The notes below the pieces were generated by a model that was not told the DNA's origin, searched no databases, and saw only the letters and a program-made list of their open reading frames with translations. From contig CAVUWV010000012.1 of the NCBI GenBank assembly GCA_963745075.1, positions 128,001 to 192,000 on the forward strand: DNA of 64,000 nt, written 5' to 3'. The position numbers and the translations under genes are program-made. Of the stretch, positions 1 through 10,206 are shown piece by piece. Origin of the DNA: Candidatus Hydrogenedentota bacterium (GTDB lineage: Bacteria > Hydrogenedentota > Hydrogenedentia > Hydrogenedentales > SLHB01). Every line of letters begins with the position of its first letter. Positions within the stretch are counted from its first letter, which is position 1.

Positions 1-2039
1 TCAGAAACCGTGGATAGCGCCACCTGGTGCACAGCAGATTCGTTCGTGATAGGCCACCCGGGATTGCCGGTAGCCGTAATTTGGAATGACAACTCGTCGT
101 GCACGGACTCGCCGACCGCTGGGATCGTGAACGTGTATTGCGAAGCGTTTGCGGTCTCCGGCGTGCACGGGGTCGTTCCTACCGATCCGTCGGGGAGCGT
201 GTAGTGGCATGTAACTTCGGTAATACCCGTTGGGTCATCGACCGTAACCTCGCCCGTGAGTGGCGATTGCCGGTCGATCCAGTGCGGGCAATCGATTGAT
301 TTAATGCTGGGACCATTCGGATTCGCTGCGACCAAAACCGTCCCGGTGTCCAACACCGCGTCATTGGAACGCTGGACAAAACGCAATGTTAGCGGTCCTT
401 GGGCTGAGTCGGTTGCGATCGGAATATGAAAGGTGAAGCGACCATCTGGCGTTGACTGCTCTTGAGAGCCTTTAGTGCCATCGTGGAATTGCCAATTCAG
501 TCGGAGATCCTTGCTGGACGGCGCCGCCGCAACGACGACCAGCTCTTTGTCCTGCAAAGAAGCGGACGCGGGAGCGAGCCAATGTATCGGCTCCTCCTTC
601 TCCGTTTCGTATAGGTCAAGCCAGCCTTGCAGCAGCATGCCCGGCAACGCCGTATTGTTGTAGACATAGCCATTCGCCGATTCGATTATCAGGCCGCGGC
701 GCACCAGACGAATCTCGGAATACGCAGCCAGGCTCCGCGCCAGTTCGAGATGCCGCTTATGCCCCGTGGCCTGATAAGCCTTCGTGGCGAGGCCTATCCA
801 CGCTCCGATCACGCACGCGGGAACAGTATCGGGCACGGGCGTCTCGGCGTGCATGTCGAGCTGCTTTTCCACCACGTCGCAGTATTGTTGCTTCCCCGTG
901 AGTTCGTAGGCTCGCCAGAACGCCAGAATGCAATTGAACGGCGAAATCTCCTTCTCGTCCCACGGCGCAAAGAACGGGTTGGTTGGCACCCCCGTCGACT
1001 TATCGTCAAACGTCAGCGTCAATTGTCCCGTATTCTGGTCATATCCGTACTTTAACTGCGCGTCGAGCATACCGAGACCACGTTCCATCACGTAGGGATC
1101 GGGATAGATGCAAGCGGCCTCCAGTAGGTAGTAGGCGAGAATCGGAATCCATTGCGAATCGCTGGCTGCGCCACCCGGCCACACGTAGCTCGGCAAGAGA
1201 TTCGTTTTGGGATCCCGCTGCCGCCAATAGAGATCCGACATTTTACGCGCCCAATCCAGGTACCTGGAGTCGCCGGTTTTGCTGTACAGAAACAGGAAGC
1301 TGTACGCGAACAGGCCGCCGTGCTTGATGTACGCTCCACGGACCGGAGCGTCGGCGAGTTCGCCCGTGAAATACTGGGCGTGCCGGTCGTACATGTATGT
1401 GTCTTTATCGTAAATCGCGTATTTGTGGATGCCTTCGATTTCACGCCGGACCGCGTCGGGATCGATACTCCACAACATTTCCCAGTCTGGCAGGTTTGCT
1501 TCGAGTTCGTGTTTCTTTGCGTAGATGCGGTCGCGCACGGTGTTGTACGAGAGGTGTTCGCCCCACGGCCACAACCCCGTTGTCTCACTCGGCATCTCGC
1601 GCAAGTAAAACCGGAGGTAGTCGTTCACCGAATCGCGGTACCGCGGATCCCCAGTAATCCGCGACAACTCGAGAAAAGCGCTCAAGGTGGGCAAATCCCG
1701 GTACAGGTTGTTGCCCTGGGCGTTCATGACGTAGTCTTCGGCCTCCCAATACGTCTGCCAGTTTGGGGGCTTCGACTCGATCATGCCGCCCGCCTCCGGG
1801 TCGATGATGGCGATCCATAACGGCGTGTTCCGCTGACCGTACCGATCCGGCGCCGTGGCCATGACCGTGTCGCCGAACATTTCGCTCTGATCGAGCGCGC
1901 GCTGGTAATCCCAGCCGCCTTGGGCTTCGATGGATGCCACCGCGAGGGAATACGTTTCTGCGAAGGCAATGCCGCACGTGAGAAACGAGATGAATAGCAA
2001 AATACTTGGCGGGCAGGTGCGGTGGGACTCAAATCGCAT
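1..2039 (-). CDS. Secreted (alpha/alpha)-toroid protein, pectate lyase family 2-like, with C-terminal beta-rich domains; runs off the left edge
   Basis: Absent from the ORF track because it has no stop in the window. My translation from ATG 2039 (GGAG upstream) reads MRFESHRTCPPSILLFISFLTCGIAFA-ETY... (signal peptide), then LSRITGDPRYRDSVNDYLRFYL...TTGLWPWGEH...YSKTGDSRYLDWARK, open to position 3. Confidence 0.7.
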   Translation of the reverse strand, partial: MRFESHRTCPPSILLFISFLTCGIAFAETYSLAVASIEAQGGWDYQRALDQSEMFGDTVMATAPDRYGQRNTPLWIAIIDPEAGGMIESKPPNWQTYWEAEDYVMNAQGNNLYRDLPTLSAFLELSRITGDPRYRDSVNDYLRFYLREMPSETTGLWPWGEHLSYNTVRDRIYAKKHELEANLPDWEMLWSIDPDAVRREIEGIHKYAIYDKDTYMYDRHAQYFTGELADAPVRGAYIKHGGLFAYSFLFLYSKTGDSRYLDWARKMSDLYWRQRDPKTNLLPSYVWPGGAASDSQWIPILAYYLLEAACIYPDPYVMERGLGMLDAQLKYGYDQNTGQLTLTFDDKSTGVPTNPFFAPWDEKEISPFNCILAFWRAYELTGKQQYCDVVEKQLDMHAETPVPDTVPACVIGAWIGLATKAYQATGHKRHLELARSLAAYSEIRLVRRGLIIESANGYVYNNTALPGMLLQGWLDLYETEKEEPIHWLAPASASLQDKELVVVAAAPSSKDLRLNWQFHDGTKGSQEQSTPDGRFTFHIPIATDSAQGPLTLRFVQRSNDAVLDTGTVLVAANPNGPSIKSIDCPHWIDRQSPLTGEVTVDDPTGITEVTCHYTLPDGSVGTTPCTPETANASQYTFTIPAVGESVHDELSFQITATGNPGWPITNESAVHQVALSTVS

Positions 2040-2498
2040 GAAACTACTCCTGCGTGGGAAAGTTGTTGCGTCGGTGCTTGAGAACAGGCGCAATGGAAGC
2101 CCTACGCGAAAAACCACTCGGCCCCGGCCGGCCGCCGAAGCGCTACTTCATAAGACGGCTCCACAGTGCGCGCACTCCGGAGCCTTGACGAGGTCTCGAC
2201 CCACCGTTTGGCGGTGATTAGAGGCTAGGTCGAGAGGATACCAGGAAGCGGCGGCGAATTGCATCTCTAATTCCCGAAACCCCGAAGGGAAACTTGATCC
2301 GGGAACCCGTCCGCCCTATCGTGTATCCTGTATGTTGCCTTGAGTCAGGGGGAGATCGATTCACTTGTCCGCAACAGTGGACGATGGCGCGGGTGCACGG
2401 TGCAAGATTGTGTCAGCAGTGCGTGACTTCACGACCGAAGTGGAATTTCGGACACGCCCATCCCACATACCCTACCAAAGCTTGGGGAGGAAGAGTTC

Positions 2499-3797
2499 AT
2501 GAGCAATCCAATTTCTCGTCGTAAATTCTTGTCGAGGACCGCGGCCGCTATTGCCGCGCCGACCATTATCCCGGCATCCGCGTTGGGCAAGGATGGTACG
2601 GTAGCGCCGTCGGAGCGCATTGTCGTGGGCTGTATCGGCATTCATGGCCGCGGCTCACACGATTTGCGCTGGATCATCGGTAACAAAGACGTGCAGGTCG
2701 TGGCCATCTGCGACCTGTGGAAGCAACAGCGCGAGTGGGTCAAGGGGTTTGTCGACGATCACTACGGCACCAAGGATTGCGCCATGTACCGCGACTTGCG
2801 CGAGTTCCTCCCCGCCCGACCGGACATTGACGCGATACTGACCGCCACCGGCGACCACTGGCACGCCCAGGTGTCCGTCCGGGCTATGCGCGCGGGCAAA
2901 GACGTCTACACGGAGAAGCCTTCGTGCATGACCATCGCCGAGGGCCAGGCCGTGGTCGAAACCGCCAGGCGCTACGGGCGCGTGTACCAGACCGGTACCC
3001 AGCGCCTCAGCGAACCCAACCACGTGTTCGCCATCGAAATGTCCCGCACGGGCCGGCTGGGCAAGGTGAGCAAGGCCTACGCCCACATCGCGCCGTGGGA
3101 CTCCGCCACCATGCAGCACGAGTGGAAGCCCGAAGAGCCGCTGCCACCCAAGGAAGAAATCGACTGGGACATCTGGCTGGGTTCGTGCCCGTGGCGGCCT
3201 TTCAATAAGTCGTACGTGAGCGGCGGCTGGCGCAACGACTACGACTTCCATACCAGTTGCATCGGCGAATGGGGCGCGCACACTTTCGCCCAGGCGCAGG
3301 CCGGTCTCGACAAGGGGGATACCTCGCCGGTCCACTACAGATACGTCGACAATGATTCCGGTGACGGGATGGTCTGCACCTTCGCCGACGGGCAGGAGTT
3401 GATCCTTTCCCGTGGGGACAAGTACTGGCACGGCTCCTGTGGCGAGCGGTTTGATGGCGAGCGCGGCTGGGCAGGGTCCGCCGATGGGTACGCCATGCCC
3501 GACGTGTCGTCGCCGGAACTGCTGACCGAATACAAAAAGGTCATCGGCGAATACGTGGCGCGCACGGGCCGGTCGCTGGACCACATGCGCAATTTCCTGG
3601 ACTGCGTCAAGTCCCGGGATCTCACCGTCGCGAACCCGAGCGTCATGCATCACTCGATGACCACGGTGCACGCGGCCAATATCTGTATGTGGCTCAAGCG
3701 CGACATGGAGTACGACCCCGTCAAGGAAGAGTTTATCAACGACGATGAAGCCAACCGGCTGCGCTCCCGGGCCCAGCGGGCACCTTGGGTCATCTAA
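2499..3797 (+). CDS. Tat-exported Gfo/Idh/MocA family oxidoreductase
   Basis: SRRKFL Tat motif, VGCIGIHGRG Rossmann motif, DHWH, GKDVYTEKP, YQTGTQR. Confidence 0.92.
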   Translation: MSNPISRRKFLSRTAAAIAAPTIIPASALGKDGTVAPSERIVVGCIGIHGRGSHDLRWIIGNKDVQVVAICDLWKQQREWVKGFVDDHYGTKDCAMYRDLREFLPARPDIDAILTATGDHWHAQVSVRAMRAGKDVYTEKPSCMTIAEGQAVVETARRYGRVYQTGTQRLSEPNHVFAIEMSRTGRLGKVSKAYAHIAPWDSATMQHEWKPEEPLPPKEEIDWDIWLGSCPWRPFNKSYVSGGWRNDYDFHTSCIGEWGAHTFAQAQAGLDKGDTSPVHYRYVDNDSGDGMVCTFADGQELILSRGDKYWHGSCGERFDGERGWAGSADGYAMPDVSSPELLTEYKKVIGEYVARTGRSLDHMRNFLDCVKSRDLTVANPSVMHHSMTTVHAANICMWLKRDMEYDPVKEEFINDDEANRLRSRAQRAPWVI

Positions 3798-3826
3798 GGC
3801 TCGATACGAAAGGAATGGATGCAATC

Positions 3827-6525
3827 ATGCGGAAACACATCGTGATTCTTCTTCTGGCCGGCGTCGTTGCAGCCCTGGCTGCCGTGCCAGCCGTTGCGCA
3901 AGTTACCGATCCCATCGCCACGCTGAAATCGGATGCCTCCATCCATGACAAGATGGAAGCCTGTCGCATTTTGCAGCGACAGGGCACAAAGGAGGCAATT
4001 CCCGCATTGGCGCCGCTGCTACTCGACGAGAAGCTCGCGCACATGGCGCGATACGCCTTGGAACCGATGCCCTATCCCGAAGTGGACGAAGTTCTACTCG
4101 ACGCATTGGGAAAGACTTCGGGACTACTCCAGGTCGGCGTAATCAGTTCGCTGGCGGCCCGCAAGAACGAGGCCGCGGTCCCAGCACTGATCGCGCTCTT
4201 GCCGGACGACGATACGCAGGTTGCCCAGGCTGCCGCCAAGGCCCTCGGCGATATCGCGACGCCCGAATCGGTCGACGCGCTGGAGAGCGCCCTCGCCAAG
4301 CCGGGTATGTCGGATGACATGTCGTTAATGGTCTGCAACGCACTGTTGGAGTGCGCCGAGAACTTTGCTGCAAACGATCAGCGTGACAAGGCCCTGGAGA
4401 TTTACACACGATTGCTGCAGCTTCCGAACGCCCCGCACCAGGTCCACACCGCCGCCCTGCGTGGGTCCGTGCTCACGGGTTCCGTTGCGGATGGCCTGCC
4501 TTTGCTGTTGGATGCGCTCCAGAGTGACGATGAATACAGTTTCAATGCCGGCCTTCGGATCGTCCGTGAGTTGAGTGGGAAGAAGAAGGTTACCGCTGCG
4601 TTGGCGGAACTACTGCCCACCCTCCCGGATGCGCGCAAGGTGAAGTTGCTCGACGCCTTTGGTAATCGCGCCGGCGCTGCGGCCGGACCCGCAGCGCTTG
4701 CGGAAGCGGAAAACGGATCTCCTGAAGTCCGTGTCGCCGCCTTGCACGCCTTGACGCGGATGGGATATGAACCGGCTCTCGAGACAATTGAACAACTCAC
4801 ATGGTCCGACGACAGTGACGTGGCGAGCGCCGCGCGTGATTCGCTCAGCTATTTTCCCGGCAACAAGGGAGATGCCGCTCTTGAGGCCATGTTGAACGAC
4901 AAACGTCCGGAAGCCCGCCGCGTTGCGGTGGAGATGATCGGGCAGGGAGCGCTGGAGAACCCAATCGGCCCGCTCATGAACGCCGCGCGCGAGGACTCCG
5001 ACGAAGCAGTCCGCCTCGCCGCGTTGACGGCCTTGCAGCCTAGCGCCGGTATCGCGGAGATGCCCCTACTGCTGGATAACCTGCTCCACGCGCGCTCCGA
5101 GGCGGAGATGAAGGCTACCGAAGGCGTGCTGTCCTCCCTGAGCGAGCGGCAAAAGCGGATGCCGGGCGGCCTCGTCATCACGAAAGCCGTATACGGCGAT
5201 TTGCCCGACGGTCCTTCCGCCGATGTGCTCGAAAAGGTCAAGAGCATAATAGACGAGGGTGCTACGTCCGTGGATGCGACCAACGCAAACTTCGGCGATC
5301 CCGCCCCGGGTAAGGTCAAGATGCTACAAATCGACTACACGGAGAATGGGGTTCCAATTAGCAAGACCGTTGGCGAAAACGGCAAACTGAAGTTGACCGC
5401 CGTCTCCTCGTCTCCGGAAGTGGTGGATGCCTACTGCGCGGCATTCGAAAAGGCCGGAGGCGACGCGAAACTCGCCATGGTTCGGCTTCTTGGCACTACT
5501 GCCAGCCCGAAAGCCTTCGAGACCGTGCAGGCGGCTGCGTCCTCGCCGGATGCGAACGTCAAGGACGCCGCGCTCCGTACGTTATGCGAGTGGCCGACCG
5601 CGGTCGCGCTGCCGACGGTAATGGAGTTGTTCAGAGACGTTCACCGATCCGTCGTTGAAAGTCGCGGCACTCCGTGGCACGGTGCGGCTCCTGGGACAGG
5701 CGGGGACCGAGACGCCCGAGTTGCTCACTACTTACGCTTCGTTGATGGACCAGGCCGCGACGGCTGACGAAAAGAAGGTCGTGTTGAGCGGACTGTCCCA
5801 CGTATCGGACGTTCGGGGCCTTGCGGATGGCCTTCGCGCAGTTCGGCGACGAGGCCGTCAAGGGCGAAGCAATTCAGGCCGCCGTCGAAATCGCCCGGAA
5901 CCTTGGCGGTTCCGCGACGGAAGACGGAAACTTCTTCAACGGGAAAGACCTCACGGGTTGGCAAAGCAGCGCGCCCTACTGGAGCGTCGAAGACAGCGCC
6001 ATCGTCGGGCACAGCGATCAAGACATACCAAAGAACGAGTTCATCTGGTCGGACATCCCGGTGGGAGACTTCTACCTTGTCATTGACGTTAGACTCGATC
6101 CGAACAACGCCAACGCAGGTATCCAATTCCGATCCGCCAAAGTGGACGACGAAGGCCAGGCGCAGGGGTACCAGGCGGACGTCGGCGAAGGGTACTGGGG
6201 ACGCCTGTACCACGAACACGGCCGCGGCATGCTGGACTCGACGGACGCTGCCGAAAAGGCCGTGAAACCGGGCGAATGGAACCGCTACGAAATTCTTGCG
6301 GTCGGGCCCGCCATCTGGACCGCCATCAACGGAACCTTGGGAGTCGCCTATCTGGACCTGAACAAGGACGCGGAACAAACGGGGCAGATAGCCCTCCAGA
6401 TTCACGCCGGTCCGCCCCAGACGTCCCGGTACAAAATCGTCAAGCTGGTTCACAATCCCAAAGTGGAGTTGGAGAATTCCAAGGCGGACGACCTGATCTT
6501 CAAGCTTCAGGTGTCGACGAAGTAG
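3827..6525 (+). CDS. Secreted HEAT-repeat protein with internal small beta domain and C-terminal DUF1080 (3-keto-glycoside hydratase-like) domain; two +1 frameshifts (~5635, ~5816)
   Basis: Signal peptide and HEAT repeats in ORF 3785-5767. Continues in ORF 5655-6086 (KVAALRG...) and then 5821-6525 with FNGKDLTGW, NAGIQFRS, GYQAD, GEWNRYEI, GQIALQIH. Confidence 0.82.
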
Positions 6526-6579
6526 CGCCGCTCGTTAAGGTGCTATAAGGCCGGCGCCGCCGGAGTTCTGCTTCGTTTG

Positions 6580-7707
6580 TCACTCGACGCGGAGGGTTTT
6601 GCCGGATTCGGCGGCGTCGTAGAGGCGGTAGACGGTATTGACCGCCCGAAGCGATTCCGTGGCGGTGATGGGGGGTTCCTGCAATCCCGCGCTGGCGCGG
6701 ACGGCGGCGCGTACAAAGTTGGTATAGGCCTCGTTGTCCGTGGGCCCCGCGAATTCGGTCAGGCCGTCGGTTGCGGTGTATAGCTTCATGTGGCGCGGCG
6801 CTTCGGACGATATTTCGAGCCAACCCTTCGAACCCCAGATTTTGATCTGCGACTCGTACCCTTTATCAAGGTAGTACCCGGACGTCAGCGTGCCGAAGGT
6901 ACCGTTGTCAAAACGCATGGTCATGGCCACCGAGTCTTCGATCGAGATGGGCTGGTTGCCGACGTTACCCGCGAATCCGGCCACGGCCTCGATCTTGGAA
7001 CCGGTGATGTACATGGCCAAGTCGAGCCAATGGATCCCGAGCCAGGTGAGGTGACCGCCGCCGGCCCGTGCCTTGTCCGCAAACCAGGACTGGTGGTAGG
7101 ACGGACTCGTCAACCGCGTCTGGTCCTCGACGAGATGCATTTCGACGCCGTAGACTTTGCCAAGTATACCCTCTGCGATAACTCGTTTGGCTTCTCGTAC
7201 TTCTGGATTGAGCCGATTGGCGAGGGCCAGCATCAGGTAGAGTCCCTTGGCGTCGGCCTTTGCGGCCAATCGCGCGAAATCGTCCGCGTTGGTGCAGGCA
7301 GGCTTCTCCGCAAACACGTGGCAACCTGCATCGAGGGCTGCGTCGATGGCAGCGGGCGCGAGGGCCGCCTCCATGCTGATCAACACCATGACCGGCTTCT
7401 CGGCGGTTAGCAGTTCATGGCGGTCCTTGTACGCCGTCGTGAGTTTTTCGCCGAGCGCCTCACGCGCGCCGGACTCGGCGTTGCCGTCGGGATCGGCCAG
7501 CACCACGGGTCCCGCCTCATCGGTTTGCGCCAACGCACGGAAATACGAACTCAAGTGCGCGCCGCCGGCGTGCGTGATGAAGCCGACCTTAATCTGCGTT
7601 CCCGCGTTCCCTTCCGCGGCAGCGGCCGACCGCGCGATCGACGCCAATCCCGCGGCGCCAAGTGCGGTGTTGCTGAGGAATTCCCGCCTGTCGATAGTGT
7701 TTGTCAT
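6580..7707 (-). CDS. Tat-exported Gfo/Idh/MocA family oxidoreductase
   Basis: MTNTIDRREFL Tat signal, GCHVFAEKP, GGGHLTWLGIHWLD. Confidence 0.9.
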   Translation of the reverse strand: MTNTIDRREFLSNTALGAAGLASIARSAAAAEGNAGTQIKVGFITHAGGAHLSSYFRALAQTDEAGPVVLADPDGNAESGAREALGEKLTTAYKDRHELLTAEKPVMVLISMEAALAPAAIDAALDAGCHVFAEKPACTNADDFARLAAKADAKGLYLMLALANRLNPEVREAKRVIAEGILGKVYGVEMHLVEDQTRLTSPSYHQSWFADKARAGGGHLTWLGIHWLDLAMYITGSKIEAVAGFAGNVGNQPISIEDSVAMTMRFDNGTFGTLTSGYYLDKGYESQIKIWGSKGWLEISSEAPRHMKLYTATDGLTEFAGPTDNEAYTNFVRAAVRASAGLQEPPITATESLRAVNTVYRLYDAAESGKTLRVE

Positions 7708-7714
7708 GGTATGC

Positions 7715-8996
7715 CTAGACAACCGGTTCCCAACCGGGTTCGTACTGGCGTTCCCAATAGGCCATCGCGTCGGCATCGTCGATGATGTGGCCGTTGGTGG
7801 CGTCACAACGTAGCGCGCGACCTGTCCGTTGCGCAATATTGCCGAGATGACACAGCAACGTGCCCGGGTTGTGCAACTCGATTTCCGCGTTTAACAGCGT
7901 GGGATTGTCCTCCCGTATCGCGGTCAGGAAATTGACGATATGTTCGGTATCGCCGCGAGGTCCCTTGTCAGTGCGAATCACCTTATTATTCTTATCGTAG
8001 AAGGTGTATTCGCCTTCGCCCCCAATCGCCAAGGTGCCCTTCTCGCCGTAGAAGTTCACAAAGTCGCTGCCGTATTGGTTACAACTGTGGCCCTGCCACG
8101 CGATCATCTTCTCGCCTTCGAATTCGAAGGCGACCGCGTGCGTATCGGGCGTCTCCTGATCGTCGTCAAAGCAATAGCGACCGCCCGATGACGTGACGCG
8201 GATAGGGAAATCCACACCGAGTCCCCACCGGCAAATATCGAGATAGTGGACGCCATTGTTTCCAAGTTCGCCGTTGCCCCAATGCCAGAACCAGTGCCAA
8301 TTGTAGGGAATCCGATTGTCCATATACGGTTTGCGCGGCGCAGGACCCTGCCACAATTCGTAGTCCAGGTATTCCGGCACGGGAGCGGGTTTGCCGATAC
8401 CAATTGACCCGCGCAAGGCTGGCATAGGTCGCGCGCGACGAGTAGACGCGTCCAATTTCGCCCGCCAACATCATCTCGATGGCGTCCCGAATGGTTGGAC
8501 TGCTGCGCCGCTGGGTGCCGACTTGGACCGCGCGCTTGTTCTTGCGGGCCGCCTCGATCATCAGTTCGCCTTCCCGGGGATTGTGGCAACACGGTTTCTC
8601 CACGTACACGTGCTTACCCGCCGAACACGCGAGGATGGTGGCCGGTGCGTGCCAGTGATTCGGCGTGGCGCAGACCAGCGCGTCGACTTCCTTGTCGTCG
8701 AGAATCTCGTGGAAGTTACCGATGGGTTTCGGCGTCACGCTCCCCACCTTCTCGACTTCTTCCGCGCCTTTTGCCGCGCGTGTCGAGTCAACGTCGCACA
8801 CATAACGGACCTCCACGCCGGGCTGTTGGGCAAATTGCAGGGCCAATGCGCGGCCGCGCGAAAGTCCCATCACGCCCACCACGACGCGTTCGGGCGTGGC
8901 ATTCTCCGCCGCCCGCGCCGACAGCGACGCGGCGACCCCCGCTGCGCCCAGCGCCGTCAAGTCCAGAAACTGCCGTCGGTTTATCGTGTTTTGCAT
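7715..8996 (-). CDS. Tat-exported Gfo/Idh/MocA family oxidoreductase, frameshifted at ~8418
   Basis: The N-half (RRQFL, TPNHWH, GKHVYVEKP, QVGTQRRS) in ORF 8166-8996 joins the C-half (LDYELWQGPAP, GELGNNGVHYLD) in ORF 7715-8455. Confidence 0.88.
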
Positions 8997-9090
8997 TGGA
9001 GCACCTTCCGTAGTTCAAGGGAGCGTTAATCCCGGGTCGGCATTGAATCTGTCCAATGTAGCGCCTGGTGCCTTTAGCGTCAAACGGACA

Positions 9091-9175
9091 TCGTGGCTTG
9101 GGCAGGATGCCCAAGGAGTCTGGTGAGATGAACAACCACCGCGCAGAGATCTTGGGCAAAATGCCCAAGCCACGA
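9091..9175. repeat. REPIN-like inverted pair of palindromic REP units (GTGG-type)
   Basis: tcgtggcttgggcaggatgcccaag (9091-9115) is the inverted near-copy of cttgggcaaaatgcccaagccacga (9151-9175). Confidence 0.8.
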
Positions 9176-9285
9176 GGCGGGGCCGAGATGGACCTTTCCA
9201 ACGGTTCATCTTCCATTTCCGGGCACGGGTGCGCCCGGCCCATTTCGGTTTCGCTCGCGACCGTCCGCGCATTGCCCCCCCTCTG

Positions 9286-9370
9286 TTTGTGACGAAACAA
9301 GGGGGGTGAGTCCGGAGGCTGGAATCTGGAATGGGGGTGCACCCATTTCTTTGTGACGAAACAAGGGGGG
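9286..9370 (+). repeat. 21-bp direct repeat tttgtgacgaaacaagggggg x2
   Basis: Copies at 9286-9306 and 9350-9370; the first lies within a ccccc...ggggg hairpin. Confidence 0.85.
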
Positions 9371-9383
9371 GGTGGCGATTGTG

Positions 9384-9422
9384 GTCCCCGCGTTCCCCGC
9401 TTTCGCGAGGATGAGGATGACG
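9384..9422. repeat. Nested copy of the dRS3-like palindrome family
   Basis: gtccccgcgt-tccccgctttcgcgaggatg-aggatgacg, compared with the intact unit gtccccgcgttcgcgaggatgacg at 13084 and 13133. Confidence 0.7.
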
Positions 9423-9541
9423 TGCGGACATTCGGGTGTCCGGGGCGGGCGCGGTGACGTGTTCCATGGGCAGAGTGCTCCCTATAGATATTGCGCGGGG
9501 TGTTGCAGTGGAAGAAGGCTGGAGGTTGCGGTTTTGAAGAA

Positions 9542-10057
9542 CACGGACCTTCACGGACAGACACGGACCTGCACGGATAGAAGAGACGTTGGAGGCTGGA
9601 TCGGAATCCCGCAGTGTGGCGGAGCCGCACCCAGAGCAGGAATGTGTCCGCAGATGGCGCAAATTGTCGCAGATGAAAGCAAGATGGTGAGGGTCCACAG
9701 ATTACACAGATTTTCACAGATTAAGAGGAACGAGAGGATTTGAAATTTGAGGAAGGAATCACTGGGAGCGCCTGGCACCAGCCTGGCGAATGCGGGGACA
9801 GTCTGGCGAGGTTCGGAGGGGGAAATGAAGAAGGTCAGAACAATGGAACGCGGATTTCGCGGATGGTGCGGATTGGCGCGGATCGTTGATTGGGGAGGGG
9901 AGAAGAGGATCACCACGAAGTGCGCGAAGTACACGAAGATTGGGAGGGCTGGAGGCTGGAGGTACTGGGAGCGGCTGGCACCAGCCTGGCGAATGCGGGG
10001 ACAGCCTGGCGAGGTTCGGAGAGGGAAATGATGAATTGGGAATTACGAATTGTGAAT
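9542..10057 (+). repeat. Series of short phased direct-repeat clusters (CRCRRA core, 9-10 bp period; GAAT 7-bp period)
   Basis: CACGGA at 9542/9552/9562/9572; CGCARAT at 9649/9658/9668; CACAGATT at 9696/9705/9715; GCGGAT at 9850/9859/9868/9878; CRCGAAG at 9914/9923/9932; GAAT at 10033/10040/10047/10054. Confidence 0.85.
9761..10031 (+). repeat. 68-bp direct repeat x2
   Basis: actgggagcg...ggaaatga at 9761-9828 and 9964-10031, 3 mismatches. Confidence 0.92.
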
Positions 10058-10206
10058 GGCTGGGCGGGGTCGGGGTGTAGCAATTACGGTGGAACAGGCT
10101 ATGAATCGGTAGGGTCGCTTCCGTCAGGATTGGGTGGTCTGTCTCGCAATTTCCCTCAACCGATCACGATTTGCTTCTAATTGAGTAGCGCCATACTATC
10201 ATCGCC

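Noticed and set aside
8788..10180. ORFs 8788-9717, 9015-9698, 9551-9934 and others across the repeat region
   Set aside because: Low-complexity translations of repeats with no RBS or recognisable motifs.
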